Assembly (NCBI GenBank): GCA_963705305.1
Contig: OY970067.1
Location: forward strand, 1,664,001 to 1,728,000
Length of the DNA stretch: 64,000 bases
Direction: 5' to 3'
DNA from: an uncultured Methylomirabilota bacterium
Lineage (GTDB): Bacteria > Methylomirabilota > Methylomirabilia > Methylomirabilales > 2-02-FULL-66-22
Shown here: piece by piece, positions 1-9,822 of the stretch
Numbering within the stretch: position 1 is the first letter of the stretch
How the letters are laid out: each line of letters begins with the position of its first letter
Translations under genes and position numbers: made by a program
Notes under the pieces: generated by a model
What the model was told of the DNA's origin: nothing
Seen by the model: the letters and a program-made list of their open reading frames with translations, nothing else
Database searches by the model: none

Positions 1-291
1 CTCTAGGACAGTCATATCATCGAACAGCATACTCCTCTGAAACGTACGCAGGACGCCGAGTCGCGCGCATCCGTACGACCGCAACCGTGTTATGTCCTTG
101 CCATTCAGGAAAATGCGGCCCGCATCCGGCGTATCAACGCCAGAAATGACATTGAACAATGTGGTTTTCCCGGCGCCGTTGGGGCCTATTAAAGCCGTAA
201 TCCTCCCTTTCGGGACGCTCATCGACACATCATGCACCGCGCGCACGCCTCCGAATGCTTTTGACACATTCTGTATGTCTAGAATGTGCAT
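1..291 (-). CDS. livG: Branched-chain amino acid-type ABC transporter ATP-binding subunit (5' part; runs off the window start)
   Basis: Manual translation from ATG at 291: MHILDIQNVSKAFGGVRAVHDVSMSVPKGRITALIGPNGAGKTTLFNVISG (Walker A, LivG-type N-terminus). Follows livM directly. Not in the ORF track. Confidence 0.9.
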   Translation of the reverse strand, partial: MHILDIQNVSKAFGGVRAVHDVSMSVPKGRITALIGPNGAGKTTLFNVISGVDTPDAGRIFLNGKDITRLRSYGCARLGVLRTFQRSMLFDDMTVLE

Positions 292-301
292 GATCTCACA
301 C

Positions 302-1273
302 TCATGAAAACGACGATTGTTTCCGCTCAAGAACTTGCGCGATCTGGCGGGGCAGGCTAATCGCCCCGCGAGGAAGGAATATCACGATCATGATAAGGAT
401 CAGTCCCACAATTATCACTTGTCCCCGGTCGAATGACCGCAGTTGCTCCCCTATGACCGTGTAAATCATCGAGCCCACCAAACCCCCATAGATACTAGTA
501 GGCCCTCCGATAACCGTCATAGTCAAAAACATGACCGATTCGTCAAATGTAAAACTTTCGGGCGCGATGATCCCCTCTAGATGAGCATACAAACTCCCCG
601 CAATTCCTGCCAAGAATGCACAGATCAGAAATGACAGTAGCCGATACATGTAAACATTTATGCCGAGCGCTTCGATGGCGAGCTCATTATTTCCAATGGC
701 ACGAAAGATTAATCCGATGTTGGAGGTCGTCAGCCGGTGCGTGAGATATACGATCCCAGCAACAACTACCCATGTTAAATAGTAATACGAAATGTAACCA
801 CTGAACACAATGGGTCCTATCCTTGCCGGCGGGATGGCCCCTAGGCCCGACACACCGCCCGTTAGAGTCGTGGCATTTTTAAAAAGTACCGTCATGCTTA
901 AGGTAAATCCAAGTGTCGCCATCGCAAGGTACGGTCCACGCGTGCGAAGGCAGGGAAACCCAATTACGAGGGCAAACAGCGTCGCGATCAGTCCGGACGC
1001 TATAAAGGCCAAAGGGAATGGAATCCCAGCGATCGTCATAATTCCGGATGCATAGGCGCCAATTCCAAAAAATGCTGCCTGGCATAGAGAAATCTGTCCG
1101 GTGAACCCCATGAAGAGTGTCAGCCCCATAACAGCGACCGTGTAGATGCCTGTGAGAACAAACACTCGGACCCGAAAGGGATTCGCAACCCAGGGCAACA
1201 CAAGAATCGCAGCGCAAAAAAGCGTTATGATCCAATGATTAAGCCGGGCTTCGAGGTTTCTCGTCATCATCAC
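302..1273 (-). CDS. livM: Branched-chain amino acid ABC permease, LivM-type
   Basis: Motifs GFTGQISLCQAAFFGIGAY, LRTRGPYLAMATLGF and VIFLPRG; hydrophobic; overlaps livH stop. Confidence 0.9.
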   Translation of the reverse strand: MMMTRNLEARLNHWIITLFCAAILVLPWVANPFRVRVFVLTGIYTVAVMGLTLFMGFTGQISLCQAAFFGIGAYASGIMTIAGIPFPLAFIASGLIATLFALVIGFPCLRTRGPYLAMATLGFTLSMTVLFKNATTLTGGVSGLGAIPPARIGPIVFSGYISYYYLTWVVVAGIVYLTHRLTTSNIGLIFRAIGNNELAIEALGINVYMYRLLSFLICAFLAGIAGSLYAHLEGIIAPESFTFDESVMFLTMTVIGGPTSIYGGLVGSMIYTVIGEQLRSFDRGQVIIVGLILIMIVIFLPRGAISLPRQIAQVLERKQSSFS

Positions 1274-2145
1274 ACTTTCTCCCGCCGCGCGCGGAACAGA
1301 AGCCCCTTAGGACGCACTGCGATCACTAAGATCAATAGACAAAAGCTAATAACATCCTTGTAGAGCGAAGACAGATAGATACTCACAAACTGCTCTATGA
1401 CTCCAAGAATGAAACCTCCGAGAATGGCTCCTGGAAGGCTCCCCATTCCTCCAACAATAGCACAAATGAATCCCTTGATCCCCATCCACAGACCCATATC
1501 GAATGTGACAAAGGCGAGAGGCGCGAAAAGCAACCCAGCGCCCCCCCCTAACATCGTGCTGAGAGCGTATACCCATGACTTGAATCGCGGAACATTAATT
1601 CCCATTAGTGCTGCGATGTTAGGATCTTGCGCTACTGCCCGCATGGCTTTTCCGCTTCTCGTTTTCTTTAGGTAAGCATGCAACAACGCTACGACCACCA
1701 GCGCCATTCCCAGCGTCCATAACTGATCGGGGATCAGCGCGATCCCTGCGATGATGACGGGTGCTTCGCTCAGGGTGGGCGGGAATCGGTAGGCGACCGC
1801 TCCTGTTAGAATGTTGGCAGATTGCCGTAAGACCATAGATATGCCAATGGTGGATATAAACAGTGTTAGCATGGGAGCTGAATAAAGCGGGCGGATCGCT
1901 AGATATTCAATTATGACTCCGACCACAGCACAGGCTAACATGGTGATAACCCACGTAATCCAAAGAGGCAAGCCGAGAGTAACATGGCAAAACAGGCCAA
2001 TGAACGCCCCAAGCATAAAGCTCTCGCCATGCGCAAAATTCAGAAGGTTCATGGCTCGATACTGCATAGAAAAGCCAAGAGCCACCAGTCCATAAGTGGC
2101 TCCTAATGTCAAACCGAAAAGGATTTGCTGGAGGACGTTACTCAC
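1270..2145 (-). CDS. livH: Branched-chain amino acid ABC permease, LivH-type
   Basis: Motifs GLTLGATYGLVALGFS, LLNFAHGE, GKAMRAVAQD and GGMGSLPGAILGG. GTG at 2145 chosen because AGGAG lies upstream. Confidence 0.9.
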   Translation of the reverse strand: MSNVLQQILFGLTLGATYGLVALGFSMQYRAMNLLNFAHGESFMLGAFIGLFCHVTLGLPLWITWVITMLACAVVGVIIEYLAIRPLYSAPMLTLFISTIGISMVLRQSANILTGAVAYRFPPTLSEAPVIIAGIALIPDQLWTLGMALVVVALLHAYLKKTRSGKAMRAVAQDPNIAALMGINVPRFKSWVYALSTMLGGGAGLLFAPLAFVTFDMGLWMGIKGFICAIVGGMGSLPGAILGGFILGVIEQFVSIYLSSLYKDVISFCLLILVIAVRPKGLLFRARREKV

Positions 2146-2796
2146 ACCTGATTCTCCTGCAAATGCTTTTTTTCTCGCTACGGTCTCCGGCTCAGCGTCT
2201 CTTCCATGCAGAGTGTAGAAAGCCCCCGAGAGGGTGCTGTTCGAGACCACGTTACAGGGATTTTCACGTTTGCATTAGCTCCTGAAGGCCGCGGAGGAAG
2301 TTCAATAGGTCTGCGTCTAGGCGCAGACCCTGCTGGCAGCCGACCTGCGGAACATCATGAGCACCAGCGGTGCATCGCTGTGCGGCTTGCCTTTGTCGGT
2401 CTGGTGCCTCGCTGTCGGAGGCGCGCGACTGTAAGGAAGCAGTTGCTTCCGCGATTGCCCCAGCCGCCCAAGGCTGGGTTGAGGATAGCAAGCCGCTTAA
2501 AAATATCACTCATAAAGATAATAAACCACAGCTCTGAGAACGCCGATCGGAAAGGGGGTAAATCAAGGAAACACACAACAGCCGATCGTCGCTCATTAAC
2601 CACTACGCGGCTCTACGGGCAATTTCACGGAGACCGGGCGCTAGCCGCCTTAGAAATCCCATGACACGTTCCGGAGCACCGTCGCTCACGCAGAGAAAGG
2701 CCCTCGATATCACGAATCACGTCCCGGCAGACTCCACCACGAGTGCCTTCGAAATCGATCTCGGGCTTCTCACTCAGCACACGAGAGCTTGCGCTA

Positions 2797-3933
2797 CTAT
2801 TTCATATACTCTACAAACAACGTCTTTCCGTCTTGGATCTTATAGATAATCGCGCCTTTCTCGGCTTGGCCGGTCGCGTCAAATTTGATTTCACCCCCAA
2901 CCCCTTGGAAGGTTAGAGTTCTCAGGGCATTTTGGATCTTCTCAGGATCGGTCCCCACCTTTCCGATAACATCAGCCACGACTCTGATGCCGTCATAACT
3001 ATCAATGGCAGTATCGGATGGTACACTGTTCCACCTAGCCACAAAACGCTTCCCGAACTCCTGCATTCTTGGGTCGGGATTGTAGTAAGAACTCGTAGAC
3101 TGCATAAACATTACGCCATTCGACGCCGATCCGGATAGCTGGACATATTCTGGAAATTGTAGGGATGCATTCCCTATCAGTTGCGCCTTCAAGCCCACCT
3201 CTTTCATCTGCCGCGTTATTAATGCTATTTCAGTATAGTATCCCCATACGACAAGAAGATCGGCGTCCCCAGCATATTTGATCTTTTCTAGTTGCCCGTG
3301 GAAATCGGTATCTCCCCTGCTGAACGCCTCCGTAGCGACCAACTGCTTGCCGGGCGATTTCTTGACAATGTCCGCCACAATCTCACTGGGTGGTCGGCCA
3401 TAATCGGAATTCTCATAGAGAGTGGCAATTCTCTTCCACTCCGGTTTTAGATTAATTTTGTGTCCCAGCAAAATCGCGGTCTTTTTATCCGTTAAAGCCA
3501 ATCTTGAGACCCAGTGGTACCCCTTTTCTGTGATGAGTGGCGAGGCCCCGCTAGAACAGAAGAGCGGAACCTTGGCCTTTTCCGTCACTTCCATCATCGC
3601 GAGGGAATCAATGCTATTTGGTGAGCCCATAACCACCGGTACCCTGTCTTCATAGATCAGGCGCTGTGCCAGCGTGGCCGCGACCGGCGGCTTACTCGTC
3701 GTGTCATAAACAATGAGATCGAGTTTCTTCCCGTTAATCCCTCCCTTCGAGTTTACGTCTTCCATCCCCATCGTGAGCGCCTGTTTACCGCCGATCCCAT
3801 ATAGACTTGCCGATCCCGTAAGGGGGTAGGCGGCGCCGAGAGTAATTACTCCTTGGGCGAAGGCCGAGTGCGGAATTCCCCAGCAAGTGACAAGCAATGC
3901 GACGATGGCAAGTGCCCCACCAATCCTTCTCAT
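2797..3933 (-). CDS. ABC transporter substrate-binding protein, Liv/Leu-binding family
   Basis: Sec signal peptide (MRRIGG...AFA); motifs PLTG, GGINGKKL, YENSDYG and FQGVGGEIKFDATG; RBS AGGAGG upstream of ATG 3933. Confidence 0.9.
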   Translation of the reverse strand: MRRIGGALAIVALLVTCWGIPHSAFAQGVITLGAAYPLTGSASLYGIGGKQALTMGMEDVNSKGGINGKKLDLIVYDTTSKPPVAATLAQRLIYEDRVPVVMGSPNSIDSLAMMEVTEKAKVPLFCSSGASPLITEKGYHWVSRLALTDKKTAILLGHKINLKPEWKRIATLYENSDYGRPPSEIVADIVKKSPGKQLVATEAFSRGDTDFHGQLEKIKYAGDADLLVVWGYYTEIALITRQMKEVGLKAQLIGNASLQFPEYVQLSGSASNGVMFMQSTSSYYNPDPRMQEFGKRFVARWNSVPSDTAIDSYDGIRVVADVIGKVGTDPEKIQNALRTLTFQGVGGEIKFDATGQAEKGAIIYKIQDGKTLFVEYMK

Positions 3934-4020
3934 GACCCATCCCTCCTGGCAAGGATTCAATTTTCCAAGGCAAGGAGCTGTCTTCGGGAGCAGTCGGAGA
4001 CGCATTTGAATTTGAAGGGA

Positions 4021-4076
4021 CCTTATATAAGGTTGGATCTAATCTAGGATTCGATATAATAATATGCATATCGAAT
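4021..4076. promoter_or_regulatory. AT-rich promoter region with palindromic operator candidates upstream of the liv operon
   Basis: Perfect palindrome CCTTATATAAGG (4021-4032) and inverted repeat ATTCGATAT-N10-ATATCGAAT (4049-4076). A gntR gene lies divergently beyond the IS insertions. Confidence 0.45.
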
Positions 4077-4244
4077 TAATTGTCAAGGATAATATCTGCC
4101 TCTATCAGGAAGAAAATGTAAAATGCATGAAAACGGGTAGGATATTTAGAGTATAATGGTCGCTCAACTCGTTAATCGGCAGGAGGATCATTCAGAACCT
4201 CCTTGACATATCCCCACGTTAGAGTATATATAACATTGGATCTA

Positions 4245-4629
4245 AAAACACCGCCTCGAAAGGACGGCGTCGGCTGAAAGTCTGTTCGAAGTCGGTTGGC
4301 CGGCCCAGATTGGGTTCCTTCTTCTTCGGCGATGTAATCTATGACCATCTTTTCGGTGAGGGCGGACGAGGTTACCACAAAAGTAGCGACGTGCCCGAAG
4401 GTGGGGCCTCCAGAACTGATTCCGGAGGTGCGGAACTTCTCGAGGAACATGTGGGAGTTGATCCCCTTGAGCCAGTGGACGATTAACGTCACACCTGACA
4501 TCAGTGGTGCGTGATCAGCAAGTGGATATGGCCGGGTGCCACGGTCTCCGAGAGGACGTTGAGTTCGTGTTTCACGATCTCCAAAACTCGCCTGTAGGCG
4601 AGGGCTTTCGAACGTCCCTGGGTAGATAT
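4245..4629 (-). pseudogene. tnpA: IS200/IS605-family TnpA (Y1 HUH transposase) remnant
   Basis: HUH motif GHIHLL, LKGINS and MVIDYI (catalytic Tyr region) spread over broken frames; terminal hairpin ACACCGCCT-CGAA-AGGACGGCGT at 4248-4270; 5' side abuts the IS5. Confidence 0.75.
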
Positions 4630-4632
4630 TAA

Positions 4633-5524
4633 GTGCTTATCCGTAAATAGATATTGTACGCATTTCGCGCTCATGGTAATGTATCTCCATGAGTGCACAC
4701 CGATCCTGGACCGTCTCCGACGACTTGTGGGCCAAGGTTGCCCCCCTGATCCCGCCCCGGAAACGCCTGAAGGGGCAGCGGTACCAGCGTAAGCCCGGGG
4801 GTGGCCGGAAGCCGCTGGACCCCCGGCGGGTCTTCGAGGGGATTGTGTATGCGCTGCGGACGGGGTGCCAGTGGAAGGCGCTCCCCCAGGCGCAGTTCGG
4901 GAGCCCCAGCTCCATCCACAAGTACTTCCTCGCCTGGAAGCGCGCCGGGGTCTTCGTCCGGCTCTGGCGGCACGGCCTGGCGGAATACGATGAATTGGAG
5001 GGCATTGCCTGGGCGTGGCAGCGCGGCGATACGGCGCTCGGGAAAGCCCCCCTGGCGCAGGAAGCCGTCGGGGCCAACCCGACGGATCGGGGGAAAAAAG
5101 GGCACGAAGCGCCGCCTGCTCGTGGACGCCCGTGGAATCCCGCTGTCGAGCGTCGTCAGCGGGGCGAACCGGCATGACGTGCGCCTCCTGACGCCGACGC
5201 TGGATGGCCTGGTCGTGGGTCGGCCGGCGGTCCGGCACCAGTTGTGTGCGGATAAGGGGTACACCAAGCAGCCCGCCTGGACCGCGATGGTCCACCGCGG
5301 GTACCGGCCGCATGTGCCCCAGCGGGGCGAGGCCGCCCCGCGCCGTCACCACCCGCGGGGTCGCGCCCGGCGCTGGGTGGTTGAGCGCACGCTCTCCTGG
5401 CTGAACCGGTTCCGGAAGCTGCTCGTGCGCTTCGAGAAGCTGCGGGCCAGTCACCTGGCACTCTTGGAGCTCGCATGCGCATTGATCGTCTTTCGCCAGG
5501 TAATCGTTATTCAGGGATAAGCTC
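4633..5524 (+). mobile_element. IS5-family insertion sequence (IS427/IS1031-like), apparently intact
   Basis: Imperfect 17-bp terminal inverted repeats (GTGCTTATCCGTAAATA vs GAGCTTATCCCTGAATA, 14/17) and TAA duplicated on both sides (4630-4632, 5525-5527). Confidence 0.9.
4689..5520 (+). CDS. IS5-family transposase, two overlapping ORFs joined by a probable programmed -1 frameshift
   Basis: ORF1 has RTGCQWKALP and GANPTDRGKK. Slippery GGGAAAAAAG at ~5091-5100. ORF2 has GTKRRLLVD, ADKGY and RWVVERTLSWLNRFRKL. Confidence 0.9.
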
Positions 5525-5563
5525 TAAGTCAATTTGCTTTTCCTTTTTCTACGTTGGAAGAAA

Positions 5564-6304
5564 ATGGCATTCAAATCCAGGAAAACCAGACCCCATATTT
5601 CTAAAGAACAATATGCATATGAGCGGATTCGAGAAGCTATCTTTTCGGGAGAATTTGCGGCCGGTGAGACGCTTGTACAAACGAGAATCGCCGTGAAACT
5701 GGGCGTGAGTGTGATTCCAGTACGTGCGGCAATACGCCGATTGATGAGTGAAGGCCACATAGTACAGGAACACCATCACCCTCCCAAGGTGGCCAAAATG
5801 GCCATCACTGATCTAGAGGAAACGAGGCTCGTAAGAGAGCATTTGGAGGCTTGGGCGATAAAGGAGGCTGTACCCCGGATCGAGTCATCACAGTTGAAGG
5901 TAATAGCGGAACATTTAAGTGAGCTCGATACGGCCCTTCATAATAACGATATGCCGCAATTTGCCTCTCTCAATAAGCGCTTTCATCTTACAATCTACCA
6001 GGCGTGCCCGTACCGCTTGGTGTTTCAAATGATTAGAGATTTGTGGGAAAGAACTGACCGATACGGTTTTCGCGCAATGTTCAGCTTGATACCGCATCTT
6101 GCACAACAGTCCCAAGCCGACCACCAACGCCTAGTCAAAGCCATCGAGCAGGGCGCTGCAGAAGAAGCGGCGAGACTGATCGTTGAGCATAATAGTCGCG
6201 CTCGGAGGGTCTACTCTACTTATCTCCGATCGAATCTGAACGGCGGGGCTCCCGATCCTCTCAGCGTGACCCAACCCCCGAAAACTGATCCACTTCGAAG
6301 TTGA
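5564..6304 (+). CDS. GntR-family transcriptional regulator (FCD domain)
   Basis: wHTH motif LGVSVIPVRAAIRRL and FCD motifs NKRFH and DHQRLVKAI; last ~12 codons lie inside the IS3 end. Confidence 0.9.
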   Translation: MAFKSRKTRPHISKEQYAYERIREAIFSGEFAAGETLVQTRIAVKLGVSVIPVRAAIRRLMSEGHIVQEHHHPPKVAKMAITDLEETRLVREHLEAWAIKEAVPRIESSQLKVIAEHLSELDTALHNNDMPQFASLNKRFHLTIYQACPYRLVFQMIRDLWERTDRYGFRAMFSLIPHLAQQSQADHQRLVKAIEQGAAEEAARLIVEHNSRARRVYSTYLRSNLNGGAPDPLSVTQPPKTDPLRS

Positions 6305-7769
6305 GCTTTTGGCCATCGCGTGGTTCTCTTACACCGGAAAGGAGGCCACGAGGATGCCCAAGAAGGGCCGCAGTGAGGAGGATATGCTCCGGGCCTTGCA
6401 CGTGGTCGAGGCCGGGGAAGCGGGGGTGGCGGCCTGCCGGACGGACGGCATCAGCCAGCAGACCCTCTACGTGTGGAAGAAGAGGTGCGCGGGGCTGGGG
6501 CTGAGCGAGCTCTGCGAACTCCGCCAGCTCCGGGAGGAGAACGCCAAGCTGAAACGGCTGGTGGCGGATTTGAGCTTGGACTGCCACACCCTCCAGGCGA
6601 GCGTCGGGCGACGAGGCTCCTCAGGGTCCACCGGTCCACGGCGCGGGACCCGTCCACACCGGGATTCGCAGGAGGCGCTCCGGATCCGCCTCCGGGAACT
6701 GGCCGCGAGCCGAGTGCGCGGGGCCTGCCGGCTCCCGGGGCTGCGGCGGCGGGAGGGCTGGTCGGGGACCGCGAAACGGAGCTCCCGGCTCGACCCGAAG
6801 GATGGTTTGCTCGGGCGCACGAAACCCCGGAAACGCGCCGCGCGGCGGCAGCGCCTCCCCCAGATCCCAGTCCGCGCGCCGAACCGGCGCTGGGCCATGG
6901 ACTTCGTCCACCAGCGGCTGGTGGATGGGCGCTGGTTCCGCGTGCTGACCGTCTTCGACCAGGCTACCCGCGAGTGCCTGCGACTGGTCGCGGATAGCAG
7001 CTTGAGCGGGCAGAAGGTCGCGGTCGTCCTGGAGCCCCTCGTCCACTGCCGCAGGGCCCCGCAGGCCATCACGGTGGACAGCTGCGCGGAGTTCGCCAGT
7101 CGGGCCCTGGACGTTTGGGCCGCCCAGCACGGGGTCCAGCTCGACGTCCTCCGCCCCGGGAAGCCCGTCGAGAACGGCTTCATTGAATTGTGCACCGGCC
7201 GGCTCCGCGACAAGTGCCTGAACGTGGAGGTCTTCTTCTCGCTGGTCGATGCCCGGCGGAAGCTCGAACGCTGGCGGGAGGATTATAATCGCCGCCGCCC
7301 CCACTCCGCGCTGCAGGACCGGACCCCCGCGGAAGTGGCGGCTCGGTGGACGACCGTAGCGTTGCGGGAGCTGGAGACTGTTCCCGTTAAGCCGGACTCA
7401 CGCATGTTGGCTGAGACCCTCAGTTGAGTTACATTAACCTGAATCCGCCGCATCAAGCTGCTGCCGAATCAAAGCTGGCAGCGTGAGGCCTGGGAGAAAT
7501 GGAACAAAGTCCTTTTCGGGCCAACCGCACTTTTGGTGAGGTTCCCCCGTAAAGCACCAAAGCTCATCCTTTGCGCGCGGACACTGGCCTGTTGAATTGT
7601 CCCTCAGTCCGATGGCGCCGGTTTCAGGTTAACGGAGAATCGCTTGAGAAATCAGGCCAGATCGAACAACAGAGGTCAAAAACTCCACCTATTTTTTGAC
7701 CAGATTCCGGGGGTACCTCAGCCGGTTTAAACTAACATTGCGGGTGGACCAATCAGTGGGGGCAGGCCA
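6267..7769 (+). mobile_element. Degenerate IS3-family (IS407-like) element
   Basis: Termini TGACCCAACCCCCG...TGATCCAC and GTGGACCAATCAGTGGGGGCAGGCCA. OrfA (LRQLREENAKLKRLVADLSLD) is fused by deletion to OrfB (WAMDFV, RPGKPVENGFIE, YNRRRPHSAL). Extra sequence at 7430-7720 includes what looks like another IS3-like end (GGGGGTACCTCA). Confidence 0.8.
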
Positions 7770-7817
7770 ACCACGGGCGGACTCAGCCCAGCAGGAACTC
7801 TGAAGGGGAGAGTTCGG

Positions 7818-8771
7818 ATGGCGCGGTACATCCTTCGACGGTTTCTACTGGGGATCCCTTTGCTGGTGGGCCTGTCGTTTGCTGCCTTCGTCCTCATGCG
7901 CCTCGCTCCGGGCGGCCCTATGGCCGTCTATGCCCAGAGTCCTTCCATGAGCGAGGCCGACATGCGGCGGATCGAGCACCTCCTCGGCCTCGACCAGCCG
8001 ATCCCCTTACAATATGTCAAATGGGCGGCGGGGATGGCCACAGGCAACCTGGGCTACTCCTACCGTACCGGGCGGCCGGTCGGCGAAATCATCCTGGAGC
8101 GGCTGCCGGCCACTCTCGAATTGATGGGCGCCGCCTACCTGATCGCGATCACACTCGGCATCAGCACGGGCATCGTGAGCGCCGTCCGTCGCTACAGCCT
8201 CTTCGACTACTGTGCCACCACTGGGGCGATGGTCGGCCTGTCCGTGCCCACCTTCTGGTTCGGCTTGGTGGTGATCATCGTGTTCGCGGGCATGCTGCGC
8301 TGGATCCCGTCCGGTGGCATCGCCACCCTCGGGGTGCCCTTCTCACTCTCCGATCGGTGCATCCACCTCGTTGGACCTGCCACCGTTCTTGGGCTGTGGA
8401 TGACCGCGACCTGGAGCCGATACACCCGCTCGAGTATGCTAGAGGTGATCGGACAGGATTTCGTCCGGACCGCGCGGGCGAAAGGGCTTCGGTCGGGGAG
8501 GATCCTCCTTCGCCACGTGCTCCGGAACGCGCTGATCCCGCTTATCACACTAGCTGGATTGGAGTTCCGGAACCTCATCGGGGGAGCGCTGGTGACCGAG
8601 ACCGTCTTCGCCTGGCCGGGTGTCGGTCGTCTCTATCTCGATTCCCTGGGCTTCCAGGATTATCCCGTCATCCTGGGACTGCTCCTCGCCACGTCGGTCC
8701 TCGTCTTGGCTGGGAACCTCCTGGCGGACATTCTCTACGCCGTTGTGGATCCCCGAATCCGCTTGAGGTGA
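7818..8771 (+). CDS. Peptide/nickel ABC transporter permease (DppB/OppB-type)
   Basis: Motifs LGLDQPIPLQY, RTARAKGL, ETVFAWPGVG and ADILYAVVDPRIR. Confidence 0.92.
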   Translation: MARYILRRFLLGIPLLVGLSFAAFVLMRLAPGGPMAVYAQSPSMSEADMRRIEHLLGLDQPIPLQYVKWAAGMATGNLGYSYRTGRPVGEIILERLPATLELMGAAYLIAITLGISTGIVSAVRRYSLFDYCATTGAMVGLSVPTFWFGLVVIIVFAGMLRWIPSGGIATLGVPFSLSDRCIHLVGPATVLGLWMTATWSRYTRSSMLEVIGQDFVRTARAKGLRSGRILLRHVLRNALIPLITLAGLEFRNLIGGALVTETVFAWPGVGRLYLDSLGFQDYPVILGLLLATSVLVLAGNLLADILYAVVDPRIRLR

Positions 8772-8775
8772 GCGT

Positions 8776-9729
8776 GTGGCGCATGCGTCTTTGAAGGAGC
8801 CCCAGACGAGTCACACAGCAATACGCCCCTCCGAGATACTCGGCAAGGCGGCCGGAGGCCCGTCGGCTCTCGCTGCCGGGTCCCGGCGGAACCGGTCCCT
8901 CGTCTGGGCTAAGTTCCGCCGCAATCGGCTGGCCTCCGCCAGTGCGGTTGTCGTGGTTCTCCTCGTGCTGCTTGCAATCTTCGCCCCCTGGGTCGCCCCC
9001 CACGACCCACTCTACATCGACATGGGCCACAAATTCGCCAAGCCCGGTCAGGCCGGGTTCCTGTTGGGCACCGACGAGCTAGGCCGAGATCTCCTCAGCC
9101 GTCTCCTGTACGCTGGCCGGGTTTCCCTCGCCGTCGGACTGGTAACTGCGCTGGTTTCGGTAGTGATTGGATCAGTGCTCGGTGCCCTGGCCGCGTATTA
9201 TGGGCGGGCCGTCGATGCCCTGATTATGCGGTTTGCGGACGTGCTGCTCTCCATACCGACGATCTTTCTGTTGCTAGCCCTCTCGGCGTTCCTCAAGGCC
9301 GACCTAACTACCATCATTCTGATCATCAGCTCGAACTCCTGGATGCCGGTGGCATGCTTGGTCCGCGGCCAGATCCTCTCGATCAAGCAGCAGGAGTTTA
9401 TCCTGGCGGCTCGCGCACTCGGGGCGAGCGACACCCGACTCATCTTCGCGCAACTCTTGCCAAACGCACTGGCTCCGGTTCTGGTCGCGGCAACATTAAA
9501 CGTGGCGACTGCCATCCTGACGGAATCGTTCTTGAGTTTCCTCGGGTACGGCATCCAACCCCCGACAGCGAGTTGGGGAAACATGCTCAACAACGCTCAG
9601 GCCTACGTCCTCTACGCCCCCTGGGTGGCAGTCTATCCTGGAATCATGATCACCCTGACCGTGCTGGGCTTCAACTTTGCCGGAGACGGACTGCGCGACG
9701 CTCTGGATCCCCGACTAAGCATCTACTGA
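8776..9729 (+). CDS. Peptide/nickel ABC transporter permease (DppC/OppC-type)
   Basis: Motifs LGTDELGRD, AARALGAS, LSFLGYGIQPPTASWG and GDGLRDALDPR. Confidence 0.92.
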   Translation: MAHASLKEPQTSHTAIRPSEILGKAAGGPSALAAGSRRNRSLVWAKFRRNRLASASAVVVVLLVLLAIFAPWVAPHDPLYIDMGHKFAKPGQAGFLLGTDELGRDLLSRLLYAGRVSLAVGLVTALVSVVIGSVLGALAAYYGRAVDALIMRFADVLLSIPTIFLLLALSAFLKADLTTIILIISSNSWMPVACLVRGQILSIKQQEFILAARALGASDTRLIFAQLLPNALAPVLVAATLNVATAILTESFLSFLGYGIQPPTASWGNMLNNAQAYVLYAPWVAVYPGIMITLTVLGFNFAGDGLRDALDPRLSIY

Positions 9730-9822
9730 GCGTTGACCGGAAGGGTTCGCGAGTGTGCGGGGTAGGTCGGGGTTGATGTGAGGACCATGTGCCTCTCGCT
9801 AACACCCAACAAGGAGGATGCC

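Noticed and set aside
2250..2620. Fragments resembling a group II intron maturase (LNPALGGWGN), TnpB (DADL) or an IS66 tail
   Set aside because: Matches are too short and mutually inconsistent. Probably a decayed mobile remnant, but it cannot be assigned.
7425..7460. SYINLNP, similar to a REP-associated tyrosine transposase motif
   Set aside because: Only seven residues, with no supporting flanking homology.
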